Shown: positions 50,561 through 59,504, counted from the first letter of the stretch. The stretch: DNA of 64,000 nt from Candidatus Dormiibacterota bacterium (GCA_963848445.1 CAWKDT010000005.1:172355-236354); one strand, 5' to 3'. A program made the numbers and translations. Notes: generated by a model from the letters alone, not told the origin.

Positions 50561-51089
50561 CGGGTCCCTCGGCACGTGCCTTCTGGACGGCCGTGAGCGC
50601 GCCGCGCAGGCTCTCGATCCAGTCCGACTGATGCTGCCCGACAAGGCGCACGCACCACGCCAGCGCCTCGCTCCGGCTGCGGGCGACGCCCGCCTCGATG
50701 AGCGTGTCGAGGACCCGGCGGTCCTGGAGACGGAGCCGGGTCATGACCGGAACGCCGAGGGTGGTGAACAGCTCCTCCACCCCACCGCAGCGGGCGCCCC
50801 AGGAGACCTTGCGGCCGAAGAGCCGCTCGGCGTCGCGGGCGACGCGCACGCGGGCATCGCGGGTCTCGCCGCGGAACCGCGAGATGCGGGCGCTGCGGGC
50901 GGCTGCCCTGGCGCCCTCGGCGGCGTCGGCGGGAAGCTCGGGCTCGTCGATCTCGCCGACGATGAGGATCTCGTCGGGATCGGCGGTGATGGTCGGGGCT
51001 GACTTGTATAGCCCCTCGGGGAGGCGGCCGGCGAACCAGCCGGTGACTTCGTCGTCGGTGAGCGGGTCGGCAGCGCTGTGTCCTTTCAT
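50550..51089 (-). CDS. Conserved hypothetical protein with C-terminal ribbon-helix-helix-like segment
   Basis: MTRLRLQDRRVLDTLIEAGVARSRSEALAWCVRLV resembles a CopG/RHH motif. It overlaps the htrA-like start by 11 nt. Confidence 0.5.
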   Translation of the reverse strand: MKGHSAADPLTDDEVTGWFAGRLPEGLYKSAPTITADPDEILIVGEIDEPELPADAAEGARAAARSARISRFRGETRDARVRVARDAERLFGRKVSWGARCGGVEELFTTLGVPVMTRLRLQDRRVLDTLIEAGVARSRSEALAWCVRLVGQHQSDWIESLRGALTAVQKARAEGPDVA

Positions 51090-51146
51090 GGATTACATGA
51101 TTACACAACCGCTGCGTAAGTGCGTCGGACCCGCCCACCGGAGCGG

Positions 51147-51459
51147 GGCATCAGCGTCGACCGTGTGCTCATCGACAACGTCAGTCCGTATCGATCCAAG
51201 CTGTTGGCGACGAGTGTGCCGGGGCGCAGGACTCCTTCACCGATTCACGCGGCCCTATCACCCCCAGACCAACGGCAAGGCGGAGCACTGGATCCGCACC
51301 GTGCTCAGCGAGTGCCTCTATCTCGAGGTCTTCCGCAGCTCCGAGCAACGCCGTGACGGCCTCGCCCGCTTCCTCCAGTGGTACAACCGGCATCGGCCTC
51401 ACCGTGCTCTGGGAGGGCTCAGTCCGTGTGCTCGTCTGGCTCAGCTGCAGGCGGGGTGA
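51147..51459 (+). mobile_element. Truncated, frameshifted IS481-family transposase remnant (C-terminal part of the rve/DDE core only)
   Basis: Two frames are involved: GISVDRVLIDNVSPYRSKLL, then ...LLHRFTRPYHPQTNGKAEHWIRTVL...FLQWYNRHRPHRALGGLSP. The HTH and the first part of the DDE domain are absent. Confidence 0.6.
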
Positions 51460-51512
51460 GTGTTACCAACCTCGCGAACGCTTACACCTAGGGCAGCGAG
51501 CGACGCGAAGGC

Positions 51513-51914
51513 TCAGGCCTGCTCTGAGGGCCCATCCTCGCTGCCCTGGCACAACACGCACTGGCGGGGATGCGGCCCGGGCTTCCAGAGGTGCCGATGT
51601 CCGTTCTTGGGCGACGGACAGCGATCCTCTTCTGGGAGCGCGGTTGCCGGCACGGTCTGCTGCACCGCGATGGCTCGATCCCGGAGTCGCTCCTCGGTCG
51701 CGGCGGTCAGCGTGGGTGGCGCCTCCGAGGTCTCCGCCAGCGCGATCGCGTCGAGGACGTCGGCGGGCTTGTTGATGACCGGATAGGTGGTGCCGTCAAG
51801 GAGCACGACCACCGCGTTGTGTTGTTCGGGTGACCCAGCCTGGACCCGGGCAATCGTCGCGACGCTCACGAAGACATCGCCGGATGGGCCCCCTTCAATC
51901 TCGATGAACTTCAC
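51513..51914 (-). CDS. Hypothetical protein with Cys/His-containing C-terminal tail
   Basis: VKFIEIEGGPSGDVFVSVATIARVQAG...VVVLLDGTTYPVINKPADVLDAIA... then CPSPKNGHRHLWKPGPHPRQCVLC. The GTG start at 51914 was chosen by me and is uncertain. Confidence 0.35.
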   Translation of the reverse strand: MKFIEIEGGPSGDVFVSVATIARVQAGSPEQHNAVVVLLDGTTYPVINKPADVLDAIALAETSEAPPTLTAATEERLRDRAIAVQQTVPATALPEEDRCPSPKNGHRHLWKPGPHPRQCVLCQGSEDGPSEQA

Positions 51915-52418
51915 CGTCCGATTCTGCCACCACGGCCTTGGCGAAACGTGAGACCCCTGGCGCCGCCCGGCGCCTTTCAGGAAGGGAATGCGTGTCCGTC
52001 GAACCAATCGCCTGCCTCGTCACGTGTGACACCAGCTGTGCGCGGCAACGGACCGACGGACGGCTGGGGACGGACGAGGATGACCTCGCAGTGATGCTCC
52101 AGTGCCCGCATTGGGGTCCGAGCGACTCATTCCGCTTAGTTTCGACATCGTCGAGGGCGGATGACGTTGTGGATCGCTCTCAGTCGGCGTTGGTCGGGCG
52201 CCAGCTCATGAAGTGCGTGGCGCGTCGGCGCCGCCTCGTCGTCAGGGAGATGCCTCGCGTGCCACCTGAGCCAGCCTCAGCCGCGAGCGTGGACGTCAGA
52301 AGACGGCGCGAGGCTGCGCGTGGCCGGACCCTTCCCCATGCAACGCCTGAGCCGTTGGGGCGCTCTGCGGCCCATTACACCCGGGGACGCCCGGCGCGGC
52401 CGGCCGGCGAGGTGGTCC

Positions 52419-53198
52419 CTACGGCACCGGTCGGCGCGGACGTGACGTCCGCAGCATGCGAGTGAACGCGAGGGCCAGCAGCCCGATCCCTGCGCCGATC
52501 AGCACGAGGCTGAGCACCGGGATGGAGCCCACCCCTGTCGACGGTGTCGACGCCGCCAACACCCCGCTCGTCGGACTGGGGCTCGGACTCGCTGGAGCGC
52601 CAGTGATTCCGTTGAAGTGCGCGGTGACGGTGATGGTGGCACTTCCCCCCTGGTATGGATTGGCCGCACTTCGCGGCAGCCACCACGTCATGGTGAACGT
52701 GTCGCTCCAGTGAGCGACGGAGATACCGCCACGGACTGCTTGGTCATGATCCGTGCTTGAGCACGGCGAGGCGTTGGGATATGTGCCTGTGCACGATGGC
52801 GTCCCCACTGCGAACGTGTCGTGCTCAGAGTCGGAAACCACGACATGAAGCCCGGTGGCCCGTCCGTCCAGCAGCGCTTCCGACGCCGTGGTGCGGGACC
52901 CACCCCCTGAAGTCGCGGCCGTGTCGACGTCCAGCGTGACCGTGAATCGCTGATGCTGGGCCTGGTTCGCGCTTTCGGCAAATCGGAAAACGCACCTGCC
53001 GGATGCGCCAGGGGCCAGGGGCGTTGTGGATCGCGTCGTGCCGCATGTCACCGCCGACGCCGCAACCGGGACTGCGGTTGTCGCGAGGAGGATGCCCGCT
53101 CCGGACAGGAGGACGCCAGACGTGACGACCAACATCCAGGCGCGCGACCACCCGGCTCGTGCCGCACCACCCCGGCTTACCCGCGCTTGGATGGTCAT
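52419..53198 (-). CDS. Exported protein of the SipW cassette with C-terminal sortase-like anchor
   Basis: It has an N-terminal signal/anchor (AWMLVVTSGVLLSGAGILLATTAVPVAASA) and a beta-rich body. The C-terminus is SPSPSPTSGVLAASTPSTG, then the hydrophobic VGSIPVLSLVLIGAGIGLLALAF, then the basic TRMLRTSRPRR. Confidence 0.6.
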   Translation of the reverse strand: MTIQARVSRGGAARAGWSRAWMLVVTSGVLLSGAGILLATTAVPVAASAVTCGTTRSTTPLAPGASGRCVFRFAESANQAQHQRFTVTLDVDTAATSGGGSRTTASEALLDGRATGLHVVVSDSEHDTFAVGTPSCTGTYPNASPCSSTDHDQAVRGGISVAHWSDTFTMTWWLPRSAANPYQGGSATITVTAHFNGITGAPASPSPSPTSGVLAASTPSTGVGSIPVLSLVLIGAGIGLLALAFTRMLRTSRPRRPVP

Positions 53199-53282
53199 GG
53201 AGCGCTCCTTGACAATTTGAATGGAGCCGAAGGGGCGGCGCGCGGTGCGCCGCCCCCTGTTGAATCCACTCCGATGGGAGGA

Positions 53283-54218
53283 CTAGCTATGGGTCTCAGC
53301 GAACCCGATGCCGCCGCCAGTCGGCGTCCACAGGTTGCCGTTGACGTTGACGGTACCCAGGGTCAGGACTTGGGTGCCGAGACCCGGGCCGCTATCGAGC
53401 ACGAGGGCCACGTCAGCCACCGCTTGGGTGCCGACGAGCGACTGAGCGTGCGCCCATGTGTCGTAGAAGGTGCCGCCGACCTGGCTGGTATCGAAGCGGA
53501 GATCGGTGAGGCTGACCATGTTCGTGGTGCTCTGATTCGCGGTCGTGCAATCGGTGAAGTTAGGCGTCGCGCCGTAGTACACGAAGATGCTGTGACCCGG
53601 GCTGATGGTGATCGACCAGCGCAGAGAGCCCTGGCCGCAGTTGCCGGTGGTGAAGTTGTACGCGGCAGTGAGGTTGGTGATGTCATTGACGGTCATCGTG
53701 CTGCTCGGCGTGTAGACGAGCGCCGAGTGGTCGGGCTGGCCGGTTGCGAGCGACTCGAACACAAACGGGACTTCGCTGCACGTCGCGGTATAGACCACGG
53801 ATGCAGAGGTTCCGAGGTCGGTGGACTGCAATTCGTTCCATGTGAACCCGCCCGTCGCGTTTTCGGGGGTGGACAGCGTGGCTGCCGCGGGCGCGGGCAG
53901 CGGCGTGAACGCCGGGTTCCCGCTCTGGCTGATTGCCCAAGTCGCATATGCCGGGATCGTCCCGGTGCTCGTCAGGGTGAACGGCGCGGACTCGCTCCCA
54001 GCCTGCGACGACAGGATCGTCGGCAGAGTGATGGAGATGGAGTTACCGATGATGTTGACGTTCGGGGCGGTCGAGCTCAGCGTGCACCCGAACGTGCCGA
54101 CGCTGATCTTCTCGGTCGCAGTGCCGCTGGCGGTGAACGTCGAAGCGACGCCGGCGCCGATGAGCGCGAGCGCCGCGCCGCCGACTGCGAGGGTGGTGAT
54201 GGTTCTCCCAAGTTTCAT
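53283..54218 (-). CDS. Exported protein with SipW-cognate (TasA/camelysin-type) signal peptide
   Basis: MKLGRTITTLAVGGAALALIGAGVASTFTASGTA resembles the SipW-dependent signal-peptide class. The ATG overlaps the signal peptidase stop (ATGA). Confidence 0.65.
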   Translation of the reverse strand: MKLGRTITTLAVGGAALALIGAGVASTFTASGTATEKISVGTFGCTLSSTAPNVNIIGNSISITLPTILSSQAGSESAPFTLTSTGTIPAYATWAISQSGNPAFTPLPAPAAATLSTPENATGGFTWNELQSTDLGTSASVVYTATCSEVPFVFESLATGQPDHSALVYTPSSTMTVNDITNLTAAYNFTTGNCGQGSLRWSITISPGHSIFVYYGATPNFTDCTTANQSTTNMVSLTDLRFDTSQVGGTFYDTWAHAQSLVGTQAVADVALVLDSGPGLGTQVLTLGTVNVNGNLWTPTGGGIGFAETHS

Positions 54219-54997
54219 TGGGGTATTCCCTTTGCCGCGAGTGCGGCCTTGTGCTCAGGCGGATGCCTGAGCGAGTGATAGGTCACGAAGACCAGGAGCA
54301 GCCCGACCCCGATGAGCAGCAGCCCGATCACGAAGTGACCCATGGCGACCGCTGGAAAGCCGAGCAGGGGGACAACGCCCACCATGCGGTACGCGGTCGC
54401 GCCCTCGAGCGTGATCCGGCCCCACGGGTCGGTGATGTTGTTGGCGTCGCCCTTGGTCGTGATCCGGGTGCCCTGCGGCCCCCGAGTCAAGGAAACGATC
54501 CGGTGCATCCGCGGGACGGTGGTGTCGCCGGGTGGGTAGAACGAGATCACGTCCCCAACCTTCACGGCCGAGGTCGGAATCTGCCAGAGCACGGCGACGT
54601 CGCCAGCGTGGACCGTCGGTTGCATCGAGCCTGAGAGGACAGGCTGCAAGCTCAGATGGCCGGTACGGACAAGGAGGCCGACGCCGACGAGTCCAACCAC
54701 CAGAGCAAGTAGGATTGCGGTACCAATGCGCCTTACGGCGCGCTCCACTGAAGAGCGTTGTCGACCACCTCTGAGCGGTGGATCATCGGCACCTCCCTGA
54801 TGCACGTGCCAAGCCGTGGGCCGGCCCTCTACGTTGTTTGATGTGACGTCGTCCGAAGTAGCTAATGAATCCGGCGGGTGCCAACTCGGTCCGCCACGGG
54901 CGTTTGATACGGGGTGGCGACGGAGGAGGTAGCGGCCCGCAAATCTCGTCGTGATGGCTTTGGCGACCGTTGCGACGCTCACGAGGGCAGGATCCAT
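54215..54997 (-). CDS. Signal peptidase I, SipW / ER-archaeal (S26B) type
   Basis: PVLSGSMQPTVHAGDV (catalytic Ser), PRMHRIVSL (His) and TTKGDANNITDP. The start is probably internal (for example GTG near 54805 or VERAVRR) because the first 80 or so residues precede the TM helix. Confidence 0.75.
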   Translation of the reverse strand: MDPALVSVATVAKAITTRFAGRYLLRRHPVSNARGGPSWHPPDSLATSDDVTSNNVEGRPTAWHVHQGGADDPPLRGGRQRSSVERAVRRIGTAILLALVVGLVGVGLLVRTGHLSLQPVLSGSMQPTVHAGDVAVLWQIPTSAVKVGDVISFYPPGDTTVPRMHRIVSLTRGPQGTRITTKGDANNITDPWGRITLEGATAYRMVGVVPLLGFPAVAMGHFVIGLLLIGVGLLLVFVTYHSLRHPPEHKAALAAKGIPQ

Positions 54998-56023
54998 GCG
55001 CTCGGCGAATAACGTCGCTCGTCGTGCGCGCAGACACCCTGTGCTGGTGCTTGCATCCCCTTGAGTCCCCTTCGTATGTCAGGCCGCGCTAATACCGAAC
55101 CCTACGTGGTCGAGTTTTGGACATTCCAGGGCCGAATGTCACAACCCTGAAGCCCGACGGCACTGTCTGACGATCCTTAACAGCGCAACTAATCGACGCT
55201 GTCATGGCATATGTGCGCTGGCGAACCAAGCGACCAACCATCAATGCGCGCAGCACGATGAATCACGTGCTCACGCACGACCTGAAGTGCGATCTCCTGG
55301 TCGTCCGGTCTTTCGCCAGGTCGATCAAGACGACCCTTTTGGGGGATCGTGCCGGACGGATGGATCGCGCCCTCAGTCTAGCTCAGGCCATGGTGACGTA
55401 TCCTCGGCACCAGCGAGCTTCGTCCGCGCCGGATGATCGTTCAGCAGCCGAACCTCAAAGTGCAGCTTGCGTTTCGCAGGCCGATCGAAGACCCCCGACG
55501 CCGGATCCGGGTGTGTACGGTAACGAGCAGACGAGCGTCGCATGAGGCCGTCACAGTCGGCGCCGGGTTTCTGCTCGGCACCGACCTCATATCTTGCCGA
55601 ACAAACTCCCGCTCCCAACTCACGTCCCAGATGTGGGCAAGAATGGACAAGGCGCTCGGGATTGCATCCACGCGAGCGTAGGCGGTGCCATTCTTGCCGC
55701 TTCTGGGCGTGAGCCCTGTAGGAACACCCTACGAAGTACTGACCCGTCGCTTCCGCACCTACGAGACTAGCAACGGAAGGTGGCGCTGCGGCGGCTCTCC
55801 TTCGCTTCTTAAGGCTTCGTCTGCTCGTCCTTCCGCGCCTCTTCCCGCGCGATCCTCGCCGAGTCGTCCACCGGTCGGTGCTCCGGTGGCAGCGCCGGGA
55901 TGATCGCGTCCAGCGGCAGGACCAATGGCCCTTGACAGTGCAATCGGCCTCACAAGAGAGTGTGACCTCAACGCGGGCTTCCAGTGTTCGTGACGATCGC
56001 TAGCCCGGGAAAGGGGTTCCTCG

Positions 56024-57388
56024 ATGCGTAGAAGACTTCTCCTGAGCGCGCTTGCACTGAGTGCGCTTGGCGCGTGTGCCCTCGGCGGAGGCGCCCTGAC
56101 GGTCCCGATCGTGGCCAAGGCCGGGCCGCCGCCAGTCCCATCCGGTGCGACCATCGTCAGCAACCACAGCGGGCTGGACACTGTCCCCGGGTGCTCGCTT
56201 TCGGCGTATACGACGATTCAGGCAGCGGTGAGCGCCGTCGCGTCGGGTTCGACCATTTACGTCTGCGCTGGCACGTACACTGAGAGCGTCTCGATCAGCC
56301 AGCCCGTGGTTCTCGACGGCGCTCAGTTCGGCCACGACGCCCGAGCTCGTAGCGGGGCGGAGACGATCATCGACGGCAGTGGTGGCATCACCTACGCCGC
56401 CGGGGCAACGACCGGAACCATCAATGGATTCACCCTGAACGGCTACGCGGGCGGCATTGCCGAGATCGTCGCCTCGAACGTCGGAGCCGGCTGGAAGTTC
56501 ACCGACAACATCATCGACGTCAGCAACGGCGGCATCTACCTCAACACCGATGGTCAGACGAATCCGCCACCGACAACGATCAGCCAGAACCGGTTCGTAC
56601 AGGGGACTCCGTCCGGGGCCGGGTCTGGCGACTACGGTCAAGCGGTGCTGCTCTGGGCGAACACTGCGAACAACGTCACGATCGCTACGAACGCTTTCGT
56701 GAACCTCACCGGTCCGGGCGCTGCCATCAACACGACGCAGGCCGGCGACTGTGGAACGACACCGACGGCCGCCGACTTCGGCAACGACCTGATGATCACC
56801 GGGAACTCGCTTGTCGACAACGGAGCGTCGCTCTTCTACGGCGACAACTTCGTGGCGCTGTTCTGCACCACGAACGCGCACGTCTCGCACAACACCGTCA
56901 CCATCACCATGGCCAACGACGACAACGCCTCGTCGCCGATCTACCTCGGCGGTGGGAACTGGTCGACGTCGGTCGACCACAACACGCTCAAGGGGAACGG
57001 CGCCAGTAGCGCCGCCGGAGTCAGCTTCAACAGTGACTTCTACGCGTCGGGTACGGGTGTGGTGATCACCCAGAACAACGCCTCGGGCTTTCTCGATGGC
57101 ATACATGTCCGCAGCGGGCTGTACGGCACCTCCGGAGGGGCCGGGAATACGCCGGCCTACTTCACGATCTCCGGCAACAATGTCACCGGCTCGCTTTCTG
57201 AGGGCATCGGCATCGATGAGGGACTGTTCGGGACCATCTCGAAGAACACCGTATCGCACAGCGTGACCTGGGACTGCTTCGACAACGCAGGACCCGGAGG
57301 TCCGCGGACTGCTGGCACCTATGACACGTGGACGGGCAACATCGGCGCCACCAGCTCGCCGCTCGGGCTCTGCAAGAAGAAGAAGTAG
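56024..57388 (+). CDS. Secreted right-handed parallel beta-helix repeat protein (pectate-lyase/NosD-like fold), possible lipoprotein
   Basis: The signal peptide has a lipobox-like LGAC. It is followed by many G/N/T-rich about 22-aa turns (TIYVCAGTYTESVSI..., NNVTIATNAFVNLTG..., ITGNSLVDNG..., HVSHNTVTITM..., VITQNNASGF...). Confidence 0.65.
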   Translation: MRRRLLLSALALSALGACALGGGALTVPIVAKAGPPPVPSGATIVSNHSGLDTVPGCSLSAYTTIQAAVSAVASGSTIYVCAGTYTESVSISQPVVLDGAQFGHDARARSGAETIIDGSGGITYAAGATTGTINGFTLNGYAGGIAEIVASNVGAGWKFTDNIIDVSNGGIYLNTDGQTNPPPTTISQNRFVQGTPSGAGSGDYGQAVLLWANTANNVTIATNAFVNLTGPGAAINTTQAGDCGTTPTAADFGNDLMITGNSLVDNGASLFYGDNFVALFCTTNAHVSHNTVTITMANDDNASSPIYLGGGNWSTSVDHNTLKGNGASSAAGVSFNSDFYASGTGVVITQNNASGFLDGIHVRSGLYGTSGGAGNTPAYFTISGNNVTGSLSEGIGIDEGLFGTISKNTVSHSVTWDCFDNAGPGGPRTAGTYDTWTGNIGATSSPLGLCKKKK

Positions 57389-58015
57389 GAGTGGACGCTG
57401 CGGTGCGTCTCTTCTCAAAGACGCAATTCCGCGCCTCACCTACGATCGTGGGAGTGGTGCGCCCGGCCGTCGGGCGTTCCACTCGCTCATCTGTGGGAGT
57501 CCCCCGACGGTGCCGGGGTAAGCTGCCAGCGTCGCCTCGACATCGGCAAGTCGCGCCTCAGATGCCATTGGTGTAGGAAGCCGTACAGTGGAACGGCGAT
57601 CCATTCGTCCGGCTCAGCTCCCCTATGAACCTGACATTTTGATCGACCCGGCGAAGGATCGGACGACCAGGAAATTTCACTTAGAGCTTGGCGCCAATGG
57701 GCGATTGAGTCGGTCGCGACTCGAATGAGTCGGCTGAACCGGCGACGCCGCGGAGCAAGCCCTGAGTCTCCAGTTGTCCCGGGGCAGTTCATTGGTGCAC
57801 CGCGTGTGTACTCACGAGCGGTCCCAGGCCGCGTATACGGTCGCGGGATCGGTCACCTGGGGACCTGTGGCAGTTCTCTCAGTGCTTCTTGCGGGAAACC
57901 TTCGCGAAGTACCCCGCTCCCAAGGCGATGCGGGACAAGACCTACCAGAACTGGCCAGCGTCAGTCATTGGTGATACCCCAGCACGCACACGGCGTCAGG
58001 TATGTCCGCCCGGGA

Positions 58016-58186
58016 TCAGAGCTGCCACGCAGTCGGCGTGCTTGGGGCGTAGACGCAGAACGTTCCGGTGCGCACCGGGCGGCGGACGTGCACGCCGAGA
58101 TCGGGGTGGACGGCCGCGATGTGCAAGATGGCGTCGCGGATGCGCATGTTCACCGCTTTGCGTGCTCGCTCAGGGGGACTAACCAT
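58016..58186 (-). pseudogene. Isolated C-terminal fragment of a regulator-associated domain (56 codons)
   Basis: My translation is MVSPPERARKAVNMRIRDAILHIAAVHPDLGVHVRRPVRTGTFCVYAPSTPTAWQL*. It resembles the conserved C-terminal tail (…SERARV.VT..IR.A...I....P.LG.HL...VRTG..C.Y.P) that I recall from large actinobacterial regulators. The upstream frames are broken. Confidence 0.25.
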
Positions 58187-58436
58187 TCAGCCGTTACGGT
58201 CCACCAGCTGTCCGAGCCTCGGAGACCGCCGACAGAACTCCTCAGCCAGCCGCCCGAGTGGCGTCTACAGGGTGTTGCGCAACTGTTATGGCGCACCCAA
58301 GCCCCGACTGCCATCGGCGACAGAGGCGAACGACTGACCTCATAGGCCCAACGGGCTGTCGCACGCGGCCACCGTCGGGGTCCGTTCGATGCGGCGTGGC
58401 AGGTGGAACGACACCTCGCGCGCCGCACCTCCTGAA

Positions 58437-59504
58437 TCATCCTGGCCCCGCCCCCATCGCCTCCTCCGCCCGGGGCATCTCGAACCGGAACAGGGACGCC
58501 CCGGTGAGGCTGTACCGGCGCCGGGCGAACACATAGCAGATCCAACCGATCAGGGTGTTCAGGCCCTTGTCCGCCAGGCGCTGCATCACCGAGATCGCGG
58601 TCGCGAGATCGAAGCTGATCCCGAGCGCCACGAGCAGCCCCGCGGTGCTCGCCTCCACGGCCCCGAGCCCGCCCGGCGAGAAGCTGAGCCACGCCGCCCC
58701 CTGGGTGACCGCGTAGACGAAGCCCGCGCTGGTCCAGGACAGCTTCCCCGGGTCCACTGCCTCCGCCACGGCCCAGAGCAGGGTCACCGCCATGATCGCC
58801 TGCACCCCGCTGAGCGGAAGCCAGCGGTAGGTATCGAGCTCCCGGAAGAGCACCTTGGTGTCCCGGTGCAGCTCGTCGACGGCGGGACGGATGCGGCGCA
58901 GCAGCGGGATCCGCTCCACGATCTTGCGCACCCGCGCGTACAGCCGCTCGACAGTGAGGATCGCCACGATGGCGACCACGAAGAGCATCGGGAAGATCAC
59001 CGCGATCCAGATGAAGTGCAGGCCGATCGCCTTCGGCAACGCGAGCACAAAGAGCATGAAGACGAAGAGGAGCTCCTGCACCGTCTCGGTGGCGACCACC
59101 GCGCCGAGCGGCACCGCCGCGGCCTTTGAGAGCAGCAGCGCCCGGGTCAGTTCGCCGAGCGGCAGGAGGGCGGTCGCCTGCCCGGTCTCGGTGAGAAAGA
59201 CGGTGTCCCGCAAGGGAAAATCGATGCCAAGCACCCTGTTGAGCGTCCACCACCGCACCCCCTGCACGATGTAGAAGCCGACCGCGAGCACGAGGACGAT
59301 CGGGACGTACACGAGGTTGAAGCGCTCGAAGGCGATCCCGATCTTGTGCGGGTCCGCATACACGAGCAGCGCCGCGAGCGCGCCGAGCGCGAAGAGTAAC
59401 GGCACATACCCGAGCCATCGCCTGCGCGAACGTCGCGGCGGTTCCACGCCACGCTGATCCCTCCGGGAGCGCTGCTCGTCGGGAGGGATGGCCTCCGTCA
59501 CCAC
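58437..59504 (-). CDS. Lysylphosphatidylglycerol-synthase-TM-like (UPF0104, flippase-like) membrane protein
   Basis: It has a basic N-terminus followed by about 8 TM helices, with ...IVQGVRWWTLNRVLG... typical of the LPG_synthase_TM region as I recall it. Confidence 0.55.
   Translation of the reverse strand: MVTEAIPPDEQRSRRDQRGVEPPRRSRRRWLGYVPLLFALGALAALLVYADPHKIGIAFERFNLVYVPIVLVLAVGFYIVQGVRWWTLNRVLGIDFPLRDTVFLTETGQATALLPLGELTRALLLSKAAAVPLGAVVATETVQELLFVFMLFVLALPKAIGLHFIWIAVIFPMLFVVAIVAILTVERLYARVRKIVERIPLLRRIRPAVDELHRDTKVLFRELDTYRWLPLSGVQAIMAVTLLWAVAEAVDPGKLSWTSAGFVYAVTQGAAWLSFSPGGLGAVEASTAGLLVALGISFDLATAISVMQRLADKGLNTLIGWICYVFARRRYSLTGASLFRFEMPRAEEAMGAGPG

Noticed and set aside
52008-52418. 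Possible ECF sigma factor remnant (ALHELAPDQRR...).
   Set aside because: The match is limited to about 10 residues of a region-4-like start. The following HTH could not be recovered in any frame.
55200-55930. Possible decayed tyrosine recombinase/integrase on the minus strand.
   Set aside because: Only vague resemblance (GKNGTAYARVDAIPSAL...). The R-H-R-Y catalytic blocks could not be found in any frame. It is kept only as 'gene debris' in the findings.
57706-57740. tRNA-like T-arm (GACTCGAATGAGTC) in the ORF-free part of the island.
   Set aside because: It is a 5-bp stem with a 4-nt loop, not a 7-nt T-loop. No acceptor, D or anticodon arms can be drawn around it.
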